Positions 41,992 through 52,231 of a DNA stretch of 64,000 nucleotides are shown piece after piece. Source of the stretch: an uncultured Thermoplasmata archaeon. Its GTDB lineage: Archaea; Thermoplasmatota; Thermoplasmata; Lutacidiplasmatales; UBA184. The DNA is taken from positions 1,563,457 through 1,627,456 of the forward strand of contig OY970259.1 in the NCBI GenBank assembly GCA_963715645.1. The letters run 5' to 3'. Position 1 is the stretch's first letter; each line of letters opens with the position of its first letter. The notes under the pieces were generated by a model. That model saw only the letters and a list, made by a program, of their open reading frames with translations, did no database searches and was not told where the DNA came from. The position numbers were made by a program, and so were the translations under genes.

Positions 41992-43166
41992 GGGGGACGG
42001 ACCTCCCGGTACACCCGCTCGAGTCGGTCGAGCATGCGGGCCCACGTGTACTGGGGAACGATGTGGTCGCGGCCGTAGGCCCCCAACTGATGGGCGAGGC
42101 CCTCGTCCTCCCACAGGCGGACGATCGCCTCGGCGAGCGCCGCGGCGTCCCCTGGCGTGCAGAGCAGGCCCCCCCGGCCGTCCTCGACGAACTCGGGGAT
42201 CCCCCCAACGCGCGACGCAACGACCGGGGTCCCTTGGGCGAGGGATTCGAGGAGGACCAATCCAAAAGCCTCGTACTCGCTCGGAAGCACGGTGAGCCGG
42301 GCTTGCGCGTAGGCGTCGGCTAGGACCCCGTCCTCGGCGATGTGCCCGAGGAGTCGCAGCTTCGGACCGAGTCCGAGCTCCCGTGCGCGGGCCTCCACGG
42401 TCGCCTGGATCCCGCCATCTGCCCCGACCAGGACCAAGGTCGCCTCGGGGTGCCTCCGTACGAGGGCGCCGAAGGCGTCCAGCAGGGGCAAAAGCCCCTT
42501 GTTGGAGGCGAGTCGCCCGACGAAGAGGACGAACGGGCCGGGGATGCCGTAGTGGGTCCGGAACGCGCCCGGGGACGGCGGGGCAGGTAGCGGCGTGTAT
42601 CCGGGCGGGATGATCGACACCGGAGGAAGCTCGAGGTCGAGCACCCGGAGCAACCGCTCCTCCTCGTGGGTCTGCACGATGACTCGCGCGGCCGCACGGA
42701 CGATCGGCCCGGCGAGGCTGCGGTCGTAGAAGCCGCGGATCCGATGTCGGAGCCAACCCCCCTCGATCGACCAGATCGGGTGGAAGTGGGCCGTGAGCAC
42801 GAACGGCGTTCCCGTGCGTCGGCCGAACCGCCGGGCGAGGGCGACCTGGTGGGTGCCGTAGGTATGGACGTGAACGAGGTCGGGCCGGTCGCGGGAGAGG
42901 GCCGCCGTGAGGCCCCGCAGGAACGGGTAGTGCAGGGGGCCCGGGAGCGAGGTCACCCGGAGCCGATGGATGTGGCCGAACGGGCGGGCCTCCTCGCGGG
43001 GAACCGAGGCAGCGAGGCGCTCCCACGGGAACTCCCGGTAGAGCTCGCTCGTGTAGACCTCCACCGAGTACCCCCGAGAGCCGAGACCGGCGGCGACCTC
43101 CGCGACGTGCCGTTCCACCCCGCCGGGACCGGGCGGGAACCGGGTGGAGACCTGGGCGACCTTCAC
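41988..43166 (-). CDS. Glycosyltransferase family 4
   Basis: GGVERH, VGRLASNKG and PSEYEAFGLVLLE. Confidence 0.9.
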   Translation of the reverse strand: MKVAQVSTRFPPGPGGVERHVAEVAAGLGSRGYSVEVYTSELYREFPWERLAASVPREEARPFGHIHRLRVTSLPGPLHYPFLRGLTAALSRDRPDLVHVHTYGTHQVALARRFGRRTGTPFVLTAHFHPIWSIEGGWLRHRIRGFYDRSLAGPIVRAAARVIVQTHEEERLLRVLDLELPPVSIIPPGYTPLPAPPSPGAFRTHYGIPGPFVLFVGRLASNKGLLPLLDAFGALVRRHPEATLVLVGADGGIQATVEARARELGLGPKLRLLGHIAEDGVLADAYAQARLTVLPSEYEAFGLVLLESLAQGTPVVASRVGGIPEFVEDGRGGLLCTPGDAAALAEAIVRLWEDEGLAHQLGAYGRDHIVPQYTWARMLDRLERVYREVRPP

Positions 43167-43214
43167 GGAGTGCCGGTAGCGCCTCGGCCGGTTGATAAGG
43201 GCGCCGGCCGAGGC

Positions 43215-44300
43215 CTAGGAGGCGGTGGGGGTGCGGACCGAGGCGAGCCGCTGCGCATACTTCTTGTACACTTCCGTGGCCCGCGCGACGGCCTCGACCT
43301 TCACGTACTCGTTCGCCTGGTGGGAGAGCTCCTCCTCGCCGGCGCCGAAGATGACGACGCGCGGGTTCACCTGGCTGTAGTAGACGGCCTCCGACGCGTG
43401 GACGAGGACGGTCGTTTCGGCCTGGGCGACCTCCCGGAGGATCCGGACATGGTCGGAGTTGGGGTCGATCTGGACCGCGGGCATCGTGAGGATGCGGCGG
43501 AGGGTGAAGGGCGTTTTGATCCGGCGCAGATGCTCCTCGACCTCATGGTAGAGCTGGTCGGGCGTGTAGGGTGGAGGGAAGCGGATGTCGACCTCGGAGA
43601 CGCACTTGTTCGGAACGACGTTCAGGCGGGTCCCCCCCGTGAAGGTGCCGATGTTGAGGGTCACCGACCCGAGCTCGGGATGGGCGATCCGGCCCTTGAA
43701 CGACTCGAGGCCCCGGAGGATCCGCATCATCTTGCCGATCGCGTTCTCCCCGAGATGCGGCATGGCGCCGTGGGCCGCCTTGCCGCGCGTCTCGATCGCA
43801 AGGTCGAGGACACCCTTCTCGGAGGCTGCGACCCTGAGGCCGGTCGGCTCCCCGACGACGACCGCTTTCGCCCGGCGCAGGGGAAGCGTCTTCGCGAGGG
43901 CTGCCGCCCCTTGCATCGTGGTCTCCTCGTCGGTCGTGAACGCGAGCACCACCGGGATCTTCCGGGCCACGAGGTCCTGGGCCGCCTCCAGCATCGCTAC
44001 TACGGTTCCTTTCATGTCGGCCGCACCTCGGCCGTACATTCGCCCGGAGGCGAGCTGGCTTTGCGAGAAGCTCCAGTAGTCCCCGACCGGGGGGGTGTCC
44101 AGATGGCCGGAGAGGACGACCCCGCCCTGGCCGTACTCGGCGAGCAGGCTCGGAGCCGACGTGTCCCCGAACAACGTGTTCCGCATGTGGATCTGGTCCG
44201 TGAACGACTGGACGTAGTCGAGGACCTCCTGTTTGTCGGCGAACGGGTCGCTCGGGATCTTGATCAGCTCCGCGAGCATGTCAACCATTTGACGCTTCAT
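43215..44300 (-). CDS. M20 family metallopeptidase/deacylase (ArgE/DapE-like)
   Basis: GHLDT, YGRGAADMKG, DEE, GEPT and HQANE. Confidence 0.9.
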   Translation of the reverse strand: MKRQMVDMLAELIKIPSDPFADKQEVLDYVQSFTDQIHMRNTLFGDTSAPSLLAEYGQGGVVLSGHLDTPPVGDYWSFSQSQLASGRMYGRGAADMKGTVVAMLEAAQDLVARKIPVVLAFTTDEETTMQGAAALAKTLPLRRAKAVVVGEPTGLRVAASEKGVLDLAIETRGKAAHGAMPHLGENAIGKMMRILRGLESFKGRIAHPELGSVTLNIGTFTGGTRLNVVPNKCVSEVDIRFPPPYTPDQLYHEVEEHLRRIKTPFTLRRILTMPAVQIDPNSDHVRILREVAQAETTVLVHASEAVYYSQVNPRVVIFGAGEEELSHQANEYVKVEAVARATEVYKKYAQRLASVRTPTAS

Positions 44301-44372
44301 CGAGTGAACGACCTCTGTGCACGGCGGAAAACGTGCCGCGCTGGATACAGCGCCGACAGGGCCCGGCGCATC

Positions 44373-45266
44373 TTAATCGTTCGCCTGGGGACGAGGGGCG
44401 CGCCGCGCGAGATTCCGGGTCCGGGCGAGTGCGAGCGCGTACCCGTCGGGAGACCCGACGGAGCACCAGAGCCCGGTTCGGGGGGAGAGGGTAAGGGCGG
44501 CGACTCGGCCGCCGTGGGCTAGGAGGTGCCGGATCCCGCTGGTCAGCTCGAGCTCCATCGGGTGTTCCGCCCGCCGGACGGCTTCCAAGGCCGGGAACAA
44601 CCGTGGGCCAAACGCATAGACCGCGGTCGCGGCCCAGTGGGACTTCGGCCGCTTCGGCTTCTCGACCATCCCGGTGACCCGAAGGCGACGGAACGGGCCC
44701 ACCGACCTCGCTGGGACAGCATCGACGACCCCGTACCTCCGGGGGTCCGCGACGGGGCGGACGAGAAGGACCGCATCGAGGTCCTCCGCCTCGCGGAGCT
44801 CCTGCATCACTCGAAGCACCGCCCCACGGTGGGACTCCAGGACCACGCCGTCCCCGGCATGGAGCAAGAACGGGTCCCTCCCCACGGACCCCTGGGAGCG
44901 GAGGACCGCGTCCCCGAACCCGGCGGCGCGCGCTTGGAGAACGAACCCGAACTGAACGTGGTCGAGGGTTCGGTAGAATCTCCGCGTCTCGACCAACCGG
45001 TCGGGCGTGTGACGGTGCCGCTGCAGGAAGGAGTGGTCGACGCTGAAGTAGCTCTGCACGAACCCGGCGTCCCGCGGTTGCACGACCACCGTTACCCGGT
45101 CGGCGCCCGCGCCCGCCAGGGCCTCCACCACCAGGTGCGCGACCGGCTTCAGGACGAGCTCGCCCGCGCTCCCACGGTCGTAGAGCGGGAGGAACTCCTT
45201 GCGAAGCCCTCGGCTCCAAGGGAGCATCCGGGTCCCTTCGCCCGCGAGAGTGACGACCGCCTGCAT
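44373..45266 (-). CDS. Sugar-phosphate nucleotidyltransferase (GalU-like)
   Basis: LAGEGTRMLP..RKEFLP, GFGDAV, RYGVV, VEKP and ELTSGI. Confidence 0.85.
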   Translation of the reverse strand: MQAVVTLAGEGTRMLPWSRGLRKEFLPLYDRGSAGELVLKPVAHLVVEALAGAGADRVTVVVQPRDAGFVQSYFSVDHSFLQRHRHTPDRLVETRRFYRTLDHVQFGFVLQARAAGFGDAVLRSQGSVGRDPFLLHAGDGVVLESHRGAVLRVMQELREAEDLDAVLLVRPVADPRRYGVVDAVPARSVGPFRRLRVTGMVEKPKRPKSHWAATAVYAFGPRLFPALEAVRRAEHPMELELTSGIRHLLAHGGRVAALTLSPRTGLWCSVGSPDGYALALARTRNLARRAPRPQAND

Positions 45267-45279
45267 CGAGGACCGGTCC

Positions 45280-46537
45280 TTAGGCGATGGGATGGGCCGA
45301 GGAGGGAGCGGGGGGGCTTTCCGGGGGAGGGGCGGGCGGGGCACCGGAGGCGTTCCGGGCCTGGAGCAGCGCGCGGCTGTCGGGCACGCGCCAGTTCACC
45401 GTCGCTGCGAGCACGTACTGGCGGGCTACGAGGCGCCGTCGGTACCGGAGGAGGTCGTGGAAGATCTCCCGGACGACGTCGTCGCAGCTCGCGGGTGCGT
45501 CGATAGCCGAGCTTCGGGAGGTGCTCGTGGATCGGGTTATAATAGTGCTGCTCCGCCTCGACCCGCGGGTCGGCCGGATGCTCGATGGTCGGGTGGAGCC
45601 CGAGCTCGGTGGCGATCCGTGCGACGCGTTCCGCGAGCTCGTTGACCGAATAGGCGGCGTCGAATTGATTGAACACGCGGTATTCGCCCGGCTGCGGAGG
45701 GTGCTCGAGCGCGAGCCGGAGCGATTGCATGGAATCCTCCAGCGCGATGAAGCCGCGCCGCTGCTCCCCCTTCCCGTACGGAGTGATGGGAAGCCCGAGG
45801 ACCGCCTGCGAGATGAATCGGTTGAGGGCCGTCCCCCACGTCTCGTCAAAATCGAACCGGGTCAGGAGGCGGTCGTCCGTGATCTCGGGGGTGCGGATGC
45901 CGTAGATGACGCCCTGCATCACGTCGGTCGCCCGGAGGTGAAAGATCTTGGTCGCGAACATCACGTCGCCCGAATCGAAGACCTTGCTCCAGTGGTACCA
46001 CGACCCGGCCTGACGCGGGAAGGGAAGGTAGTCCCTCCGGCCCCGGAACTCGGCCTCGAAGAACCCCTCGGGGATGTCCGTATTGGGGGTGCCGTACTCG
46101 CCCATCGTCCCCATCTTGAGGAGATGCGCCTCGGGCACGACCTCCTTCATCGCGTAGATCAGGTGTAGGGTACCGGTGAGGTTCTCCACCTGGGTCGCGA
46201 CCGCGTGGTGGACGTCAATCATCGAGTAGGGGGCGGAGCGTTGCTCCGCCAGGTGGACGATCGCCTCCGGCCGTTCCGTCTCGAGCACGCGGCGCACCAG
46301 GTCAAAATCGGCGAGGTCGCCCCGGTAGAACCGTAGGTCCCTGCCGAGGACCTCCTTGACGGCGGCGAGGCGGCGTGGCATCGAAGGAACGGGGGTTGCG
46401 GACCAACCGCCGACCTCCTTGACCCGTTTCCGAGTGACGAGGTTGTCGACCCCCGCTACGTCATGTCCCCGGGCGAGGAGGTGAAGGGCGAGCGGCCAGC
46501 CTGAGTATCCGTCGATCCCCGTGATCAGGACCTTCAT
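45280..46537 (-). CDS. agl3: UDP-sulfoquinovose synthase (Agl3/SqdB), frameshift near 45490
   Basis: GIDGYSGWP, HLAEQRSAPYSM, KMGTMGEYGTPN, YHWSK, QGVIYG and RFDFD..WGTALNRF. Confidence 0.93.
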
Positions 46538-46679
46538 AGGGTTCGAACCGGGGTGTCATTCCCCATTCGCTTTGAAAAAGGTATGGGAAGCCCGGGACAT
46601 GGATTCACATGCCCACGAACCAAAGCGGAATAAGCTCGAGCTCCCTCGAGCCTGCACGGGTCGGTGGGGCCCGGATCCG

Positions 46680-47455
46680 ATGCAGCCGGCCTCGGTCACG
46701 ATCGTGGACACCCGCGACGAACCCCTCCGGGGAGCGATGATGGTCGTGGGGTTCCCCACCCACGGCCTCGTCGGCTCGGTCGCGGCGTCGTACCTCCTTC
46801 ATGCCCTCGACATGCAGCCGATCGCTTACATGATCAGCGAGGAGTTCCCCCCACGGTCGTGATGGAGGAGGGAATCGTCAGCGCTCCGATCCGGCTCTAT
46901 GCGAGCAAGCTCGTCTGTGGGGTTGACCGCTCCTGCGACCAGCTGGTGGTCGTGATCGCCGACATCCAGCCCCCTGTCGAGATGCTCAACGCCCTCGGCC
47001 GGGTCCTGCTCGATTGGGCGGAGGCCAAAGGGATCCACCTCATCGTAGCGATCGAGGGTCAGCCGATCGAGACCGAGGTCGGTGCCGATGCCCGGATCGT
47101 CGCGATGGCGAACCGGGCCGCGGCGCCCTTGCTCGAGAAGTATCGCTTCGCCGCCGCGAACGGGGTCGTGACCGGTCTCGCGGGTGGACTGCTGCTCGGG
47201 GCGATCAACCGGACCACGCCGGTCCTGTGCCTCGTCGCCCAGGCCCACAAGGATTACCCGGACGCCCGGGCGGCGGCGAAGATCATCGAGACCGTCAACC
47301 CCCTCGTTCCGTTGATCGCGCTCGATACCAAGCCGCTCCGCGAGAAGGCCCGCCAGATCGAGGGCGAGGTCCGCAAGACGCTCCGCCAGACGAAGGAGTC
47401 GATGGCGAACATGCGGGAAGCCCCGCCGGAGGGGGCGGGTGAGATGTATCGCTGA
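46680..47455 (+). CDS. PAC2 family proteasome assembly chaperone, frameshift near 46850
   Basis: VGFPTHGLVGSVAA, FPP, PIRLY, YPDARAAA and C-terminal HbYX-like MYR. Confidence 0.85.
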
Positions 47456-47945
47456 CACGTCTCCTGGGCCCCCGCTGGCCGAGCTCCCCGACGAGCGACC
47501 GGCGGTCACGCTGCGAGGGTTCCGCCCATCGGACGTCCCCTTCGTCACCACGATCGTCGCGGACGCCCTGCACGAGCACTACGACCCGAACCTCTACCTC
47601 TCGCTGAGCGCGGAGTGGCCGGAGGGATTTCTGATCGCCGCGGACCCCCACGACGTGCCGGTCGCCTTTCTGTTGGGCGTCACCCAGGTCGAGCGGGAGG
47701 CTCGGATCCTGATGTTCGCGGTCGACCGGCACCGGCGTACGCAGGGGATTGGTCGGCTCCTGATGACCACCTTCTTCCAACGCTGCCGCGACCGCAACTT
47801 CGGCCGGGTCACCCTCGAGGTCCGTGTCTCGAACGCGACCGCGATCCGGTTCTACACCCGGTTCGACTACTCGGTCGTCGACCTGCTTCGGAGCTACTAC
47901 TCGGACGGCGAGAACGGCTACCAGATGGCCCGGCCGCTCCCGTAG
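47439..47945 (+). CDS. RimI-like N-acetyltransferase
   Basis: AVDRHRRTQGIG, LEVRVSN..AIRFY and YYSDGE. Confidence 0.88.
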   Translation: MRCIADTSPGPPLAELPDERPAVTLRGFRPSDVPFVTTIVADALHEHYDPNLYLSLSAEWPEGFLIAADPHDVPVAFLLGVTQVEREARILMFAVDRHRRTQGIGRLLMTTFFQRCRDRNFGRVTLEVRVSNATAIRFYTRFDYSVVDLLRSYYSDGENGYQMARPLP

Positions 47946-47999
47946 GGCGACTGCCTCGGAACCGGAGGCGCTAAAACCTCCGCGTCGGATGGACACGCC

Positions 48000-49230
48000 A
48001 TGCCCACTGCATGGCCCACTGCTGCCGACCTCATGAATCCCCGCCCGGTCACGCTCCCGTTCGACGCCCCGATCTCCCAGGCCCTCGGCATCATGAGGGT
48101 GAAAGGGTTCCATCGAGATCCCCGTTCTTCAACGCTCTCGCCTCGCCGGGATGATCACCTTCGAGTCGCTCGCCCGCCGGGTGAGCCGCGCCACCGCCAC
48201 GAAGGTCGGGAGCATGGTCTCCATGGCTCCGCTCATCACGCCCCGCCTCCTGCTCCCGGAGGTCGCCGAGCTGTTGCTGGGAAGCGGGCTCCGTGGCGGG
48301 CCGGTTGTCGGTCCGAAGGGCGAACTCCTGGGGGTCATCAGCCGGACGAACCTCGTCGCCGCCCTCGCGGACCATCCTGCGTTCCCCAACGAGGGAGTCG
48401 ACCGCATCGGAAGCCCGGCGACGGTCGTCGTGCGGGAGGACGACACGGTGCGCCACCTCCAGGCGCAGATCCGGATCCTCGAGGAGCATCCGCTCCCCGT
48501 CGTCGACCGCAAGGGCCATCTCGTCGGCGCGGTCGGCGTCGCGGACCTGGCCTCGGTGCTCTGGAGGCCGGATACCGGCGGCAAGCGCGACCTGCCGCAG
48601 CGGGCCCGCGCCCTCGACGTGCGGGTCGCGTCGTTCATGCGCTCTCCAGCGATCACCGTCGAGACCCACACCCATGCGGCCGAAGCCGCACGGCGGATGA
48701 CCGACGAGAAGGTCTCGAGCGTCTTCGTCGTCGAACAGGAGCGCCCCACGCGGATCGTCGCGCAAGCCGACCTGTTGGGGCTCGTCGTGGGGGCAGCCCG
48801 TACGGCGAGAGGACCCGGCCGGATCGAGGACTGCTACGTGGAGGTCACGGGGTTGCGCGGGTCGAGCGACCCCGCACTGCTCGCGGACATCGACCACCTC
48901 GTAGCCCAAGGGCTCAAGCGGGTCGCGCACCACGTGCATCCCTCGCTGTTCAGCCTCCACCTGAGCCCTCACTCCACCCACCGGACCGCCGACATCACGG
49001 CCGAGGGTCGGCTCCACACCGACGCGGGAATCTTCTATGCCTCGCAGACCGGCTGGAACCTCATGGCCGGAGTCTCGGGGATCATGGAAGAATTGACCGC
49101 CCAGGTCCAGCGGGACCAGGAGAGCCGACGTGACCGAGGGCGCAACCGTCGGCGACCGCCCGCGGACGAGACCTCGGAGGACCCCGACCTCGAGCGCCGT
49201 ATCCGGGTCGCGACCGGCGACGACGAGTAG
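48000..49230 (+). CDS. Four-CBS-domain protein with C-terminal HPF/RaiA-like domain, frameshift near 48112
   Basis: Four CBS repeats, then VEVTGL...RLHTDAGIFYASQTGWNLMAGVSGIMEELTAQV. Confidence 0.75.
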
Positions 49231-49239
49231 GAGGCGACC

Positions 49240-49638
49240 ATGATCCCGGGCGGACCCAGGAACCAGCGCCAGATGGACCTGATGATGCGCCGTATGGGGA
49301 TGAAGACCGAGGCGATCGACGGGGTGGAGGAGGTCGTCGTCCGCACTCGGACCAAGGAGCACGTCTTCACAGCGCCCGAAGTGACGATCCTCACCGTTCA
49401 GGGCGTCCGTACGTACCAGGTCGTCGGGACCCCTCAGGTCCGTGCCCGCACGTCGGGGTCCCCTGCCGCGGTCGCCCCCGCGCCGACACCCACCGCCCCG
49501 CCCGGACCCCCCGAAGAAGACATCCAGCTGGTCATGGAGCAGGCGCAGGTCTCCCGGGAGGAAGCGGTCGAAGCGCTGTTCCGGACCAACGGGGCGCCCG
49601 CGGAGGCGATCATGCACCTGATGACCCGCGGCCGCTAG
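49240..49638 (+). CDS. nac: Archaeal nascent polypeptide-associated complex protein
   Basis: MMRRMGM..I.GVEEV, YQVVG and UBA tail EEDIQLVMEQAQVSREEA. Confidence 0.92.
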   Translation: MIPGGPRNQRQMDLMMRRMGMKTEAIDGVEEVVVRTRTKEHVFTAPEVTILTVQGVRTYQVVGTPQVRARTSGSPAAVAPAPTPTAPPGPPEEDIQLVMEQAQVSREEAVEALFRTNGAPAEAIMHLMTRGR

Positions 49639-49654
49639 CCGCGTTCGGGATGCC

Positions 49655-50138
49655 ATGGCCGACCCGGGGTCGACCGGCGGATCCCTGCCGGCTCCTGGGC
49701 CCGAGGAGCCGGTGGTGCGAGAGTGCGTCGAAGGTTACCTGTTCTCCCGGCTCCCGCTCGCGCTGCTGATCTTCCGCCGCCCACCGTCCCGCGGGTCGAT
49801 CTCGGGTCCCGATCCAAGGCAAGGTGGAGCCGAACGACGCCACTCTCGAGGCCGCCCTCCTCCGGGAGCTTCACGAAGAGACCGGGCTCGTCCGGCCCCA
49901 ATCGGTCACCTCGCTCGACTGGCACATCCCGTTCCGGGCGGACAACGGAGAGGTCTGGAGGCTCCATGCCTACGCCGTCGAGGTCCCGAGGTCGTTCCGC
50001 CCCCAGTTGAACGATGAGAACGTCGCGTTCGAGTGGGTCGACGCGGCGGAGGCCGGGCGTCGGCTCCACTTCGCCGACAACCGCGAGGCGGTCGCCCGAC
50101 TGCGCTCGCGACTCTCCCGCCCTTCCCCAAACGTTTAG
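49655..50138 (+). CDS. NUDIX hydrolase, frameshift near 49805
   Basis: GKVEPND..AALLRELHEETG and LNDENVAFEWV. Confidence 0.85.
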
Positions 50139-50169
50139 CGGGGCCTTGGGGTCGCATCGACCGCGTTCC

Positions 50170-51189
50170 ATGGTCGACCCCACCACCGCTCCGGCCCGTG
50201 TCTTCCGGACCGTCGGCCCAGAGCTGTTCGAGGCACTGCGAGCGGCCCATCCGTCCCGGATCGTCCTCCAGGTACCGGCGGGCCTCGTCCGCAACGCCCA
50301 CGAGCTCGTGGACCGCATCCGGACCGAATCGGGAGCCCCGGTGATCCTCGCGACCCGGCCGTGCTTCGGAGCCTGCGATTTCCCCTCGACGGACGAGGCG
50401 CCGCGGGCGGAGCTCGCGGTCGTCCTCGGGCATGCCCCCATCCCTAACGTTCGTCTGTCGCGCCCGACGTTCTTTGTGGAGATGCGAGACCCGGGAGGCG
50501 ACCCCGAGGCGCTGGCCGCGACCGTACGGGAGGCGAACCTCCCCCGTCGTCTGGGCCTCGTAGCCTCGGTGCAGCACCTCGACCTGCTGCCGCCCCTCAC
50601 CGCCGCCCTCACGGCTCGGGGGTTCGAGGTCCATGTGGAGCAGGGGGACCATCGACTCGCGTACCCGGCTCAGGCGCTCGGCTGCAACTACACCGGCGCG
50701 GAGGCGGTCGTCGATCGGGTCGACGCGTTCCTGTTCCTCGGCACCGGCCGCTTCCATCCGGTCGGTCTCGCCTTCGCCGTCGACCGCCCGGTCTTCTCGC
50801 TCGACCCGGTGCAGAACCGGCTCGAGCCCCCAATCGACCGGGCCTCGCTCGTTGCGCGGCGGCAGCTCACCGTCGCCGCCACCCGAGACGCCCGCCGCTG
50901 GGGGATCCTCGTGTCGACCTTCGCTGGTCAGAACCGCTCTCCGACCGCCCTGGCGCTCCAGGAGCGCGCGCGGGCCGCGGGACGGGAGGCCGAGCTCCTC
51001 TACTTCGACCGACTCGACCCACGCGACCTCGAGGGTCGAGCGTTCGATGCCTACGTGAACACCGCGTGCCCGCGGATCGCCCTGGACGACGGGGCGAACT
51101 ATCCCCGCCCGGTCCTCACGCCGCCCGAGTTCCTGATGGCCCTCGGGGAGCTCCCCCTCGCTCCCTACCTCTTCGACACCTACCATTAG
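50170..51189 (+). CDS. dph2: Diphthamide biosynthesis radical SAM enzyme
   Basis: QVPAGL, CFGACD, QALGCNY and NTACPRI (three Fe-S cysteines). Confidence 0.93.
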   Translation: MVDPTTAPARVFRTVGPELFEALRAAHPSRIVLQVPAGLVRNAHELVDRIRTESGAPVILATRPCFGACDFPSTDEAPRAELAVVLGHAPIPNVRLSRPTFFVEMRDPGGDPEALAATVREANLPRRLGLVASVQHLDLLPPLTAALTARGFEVHVEQGDHRLAYPAQALGCNYTGAEAVVDRVDAFLFLGTGRFHPVGLAFAVDRPVFSLDPVQNRLEPPIDRASLVARRQLTVAATRDARRWGILVSTFAGQNRSPTALALQERARAAGREAELLYFDRLDPRDLEGRAFDAYVNTACPRIALDDGANYPRPVLTPPEFLMALGELPLAPYLFDTYH

Positions 51190-51234
51190 GACACGGTTCG
51201 GCAGGTTCTTGCGCCGGGGGGCCGTTCCTCGGTC

Positions 51235-51642
51235 GTGCGAGCGAGCCGCCTCGTGCCCTGGGTCCTGCTCGCGGTCGGCGCGGGCCTCGTCGGGGATGCG
51301 ATCCTCCGAGGCGGAGCCTCCCTAGCGCTGGTCGTCGTGGTGCCGGTGATCTTCGGCGCGTCGACCGAGTTCTTCCTCGGCGTGGTGGTCCTCTTCTTCG
51401 GGTTCGTGACGCTCCCTCTCGCCTTCGGCTACACGTTCGTCACCGACGAGGCCAGCGAGGGGCAGCCGCCCGCGCGGGCGGAGGCCCCGCCGGAGGAGGT
51501 CGGGGGCCTGCTGCTGATCGGGCCGGTCCCGATCTTCTTCGGGCGATGGAAGCACGTCTCACGCCGCATCCGAATGGCGGCCGTGGTCGTGGGGGCGGTC
51601 CTCCTCGGGGTCGCGGTCGGGCTCGTCCTGTGGGTCCGTTAG
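51235..51642 (+). CDS. DUF131 family membrane protein
   Basis: GGLLLIGPVPIFFG motif. Confidence 0.75.
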   Translation: MRASRLVPWVLLAVGAGLVGDAILRGGASLALVVVVPVIFGASTEFFLGVVVLFFGFVTLPLAFGYTFVTDEASEGQPPARAEAPPEEVGGLLLIGPVPIFFGRWKHVSRRIRMAAVVVGAVLLGVAVGLVLWVR

Positions 51643-52231
51643 GAGAGGAACCCGGACTCGGTGAGGAATCTGCGGTGGACCCGGGCGTCGTCCGACAACT
51701 CCGGGTGGAAGGCTAGCCCCCAGATGTTTCCCGAGCGGACGCCGACGATCTCCTCCCCCCGCCAGGCGACCGGATGGGCGTTCGGCCCGACGGAGAGGAT
51801 CCGGGGGGACCGGATGAATACCCCGGGGAACGGGGGACCGGCTACCCCGTCCACGACGACCGGCGCTTCGAACGAGTCCCGTTGGGAACCGTAGTCGTTT
51901 CGGCGCACCCGGACGTCCAGTACTCCGAAGCTCGGCGGGTCCTGACCGAAGGGGCTCCGCGCGATCTCGCGGGCGAGCAGGATGAGACCGGCGCACGTGC
52001 CTAGCACCGGGAACCCGTCGCGGAGGCGGCGGCCGAGCGGGTCCCAGAGGTTCGCCCCGTGCAGCAATCGGGCGATCGTCGTCGACTCGCCCCCCGGGAG
52101 GAACAAGGCGTCCAGGTCGCCGAGCTGCTCGGGTCGACGGAGGGCGACCACGGAGCCGGGCGGGAGAAGTCCCCGACGGTCCGCAAGTGTTCGGGGACGT
52201 CCCCCTGGAGCGCCAGGACCCCGACCTTCAT
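51639..52231 (-). CDS. pdxT: Pyridoxal 5'-phosphate synthase glutaminase subunit, frameshifted
   Basis: [35 protein letters not shown] and FHPEL. Confidence 0.93.

Noticed and set aside
40840-43026. 728-aa extended glycosyltransferase ORF
   Set aside because: The N-terminal half is an off-frame overlap of the upstream GT4; the real start is GTG at 41991.
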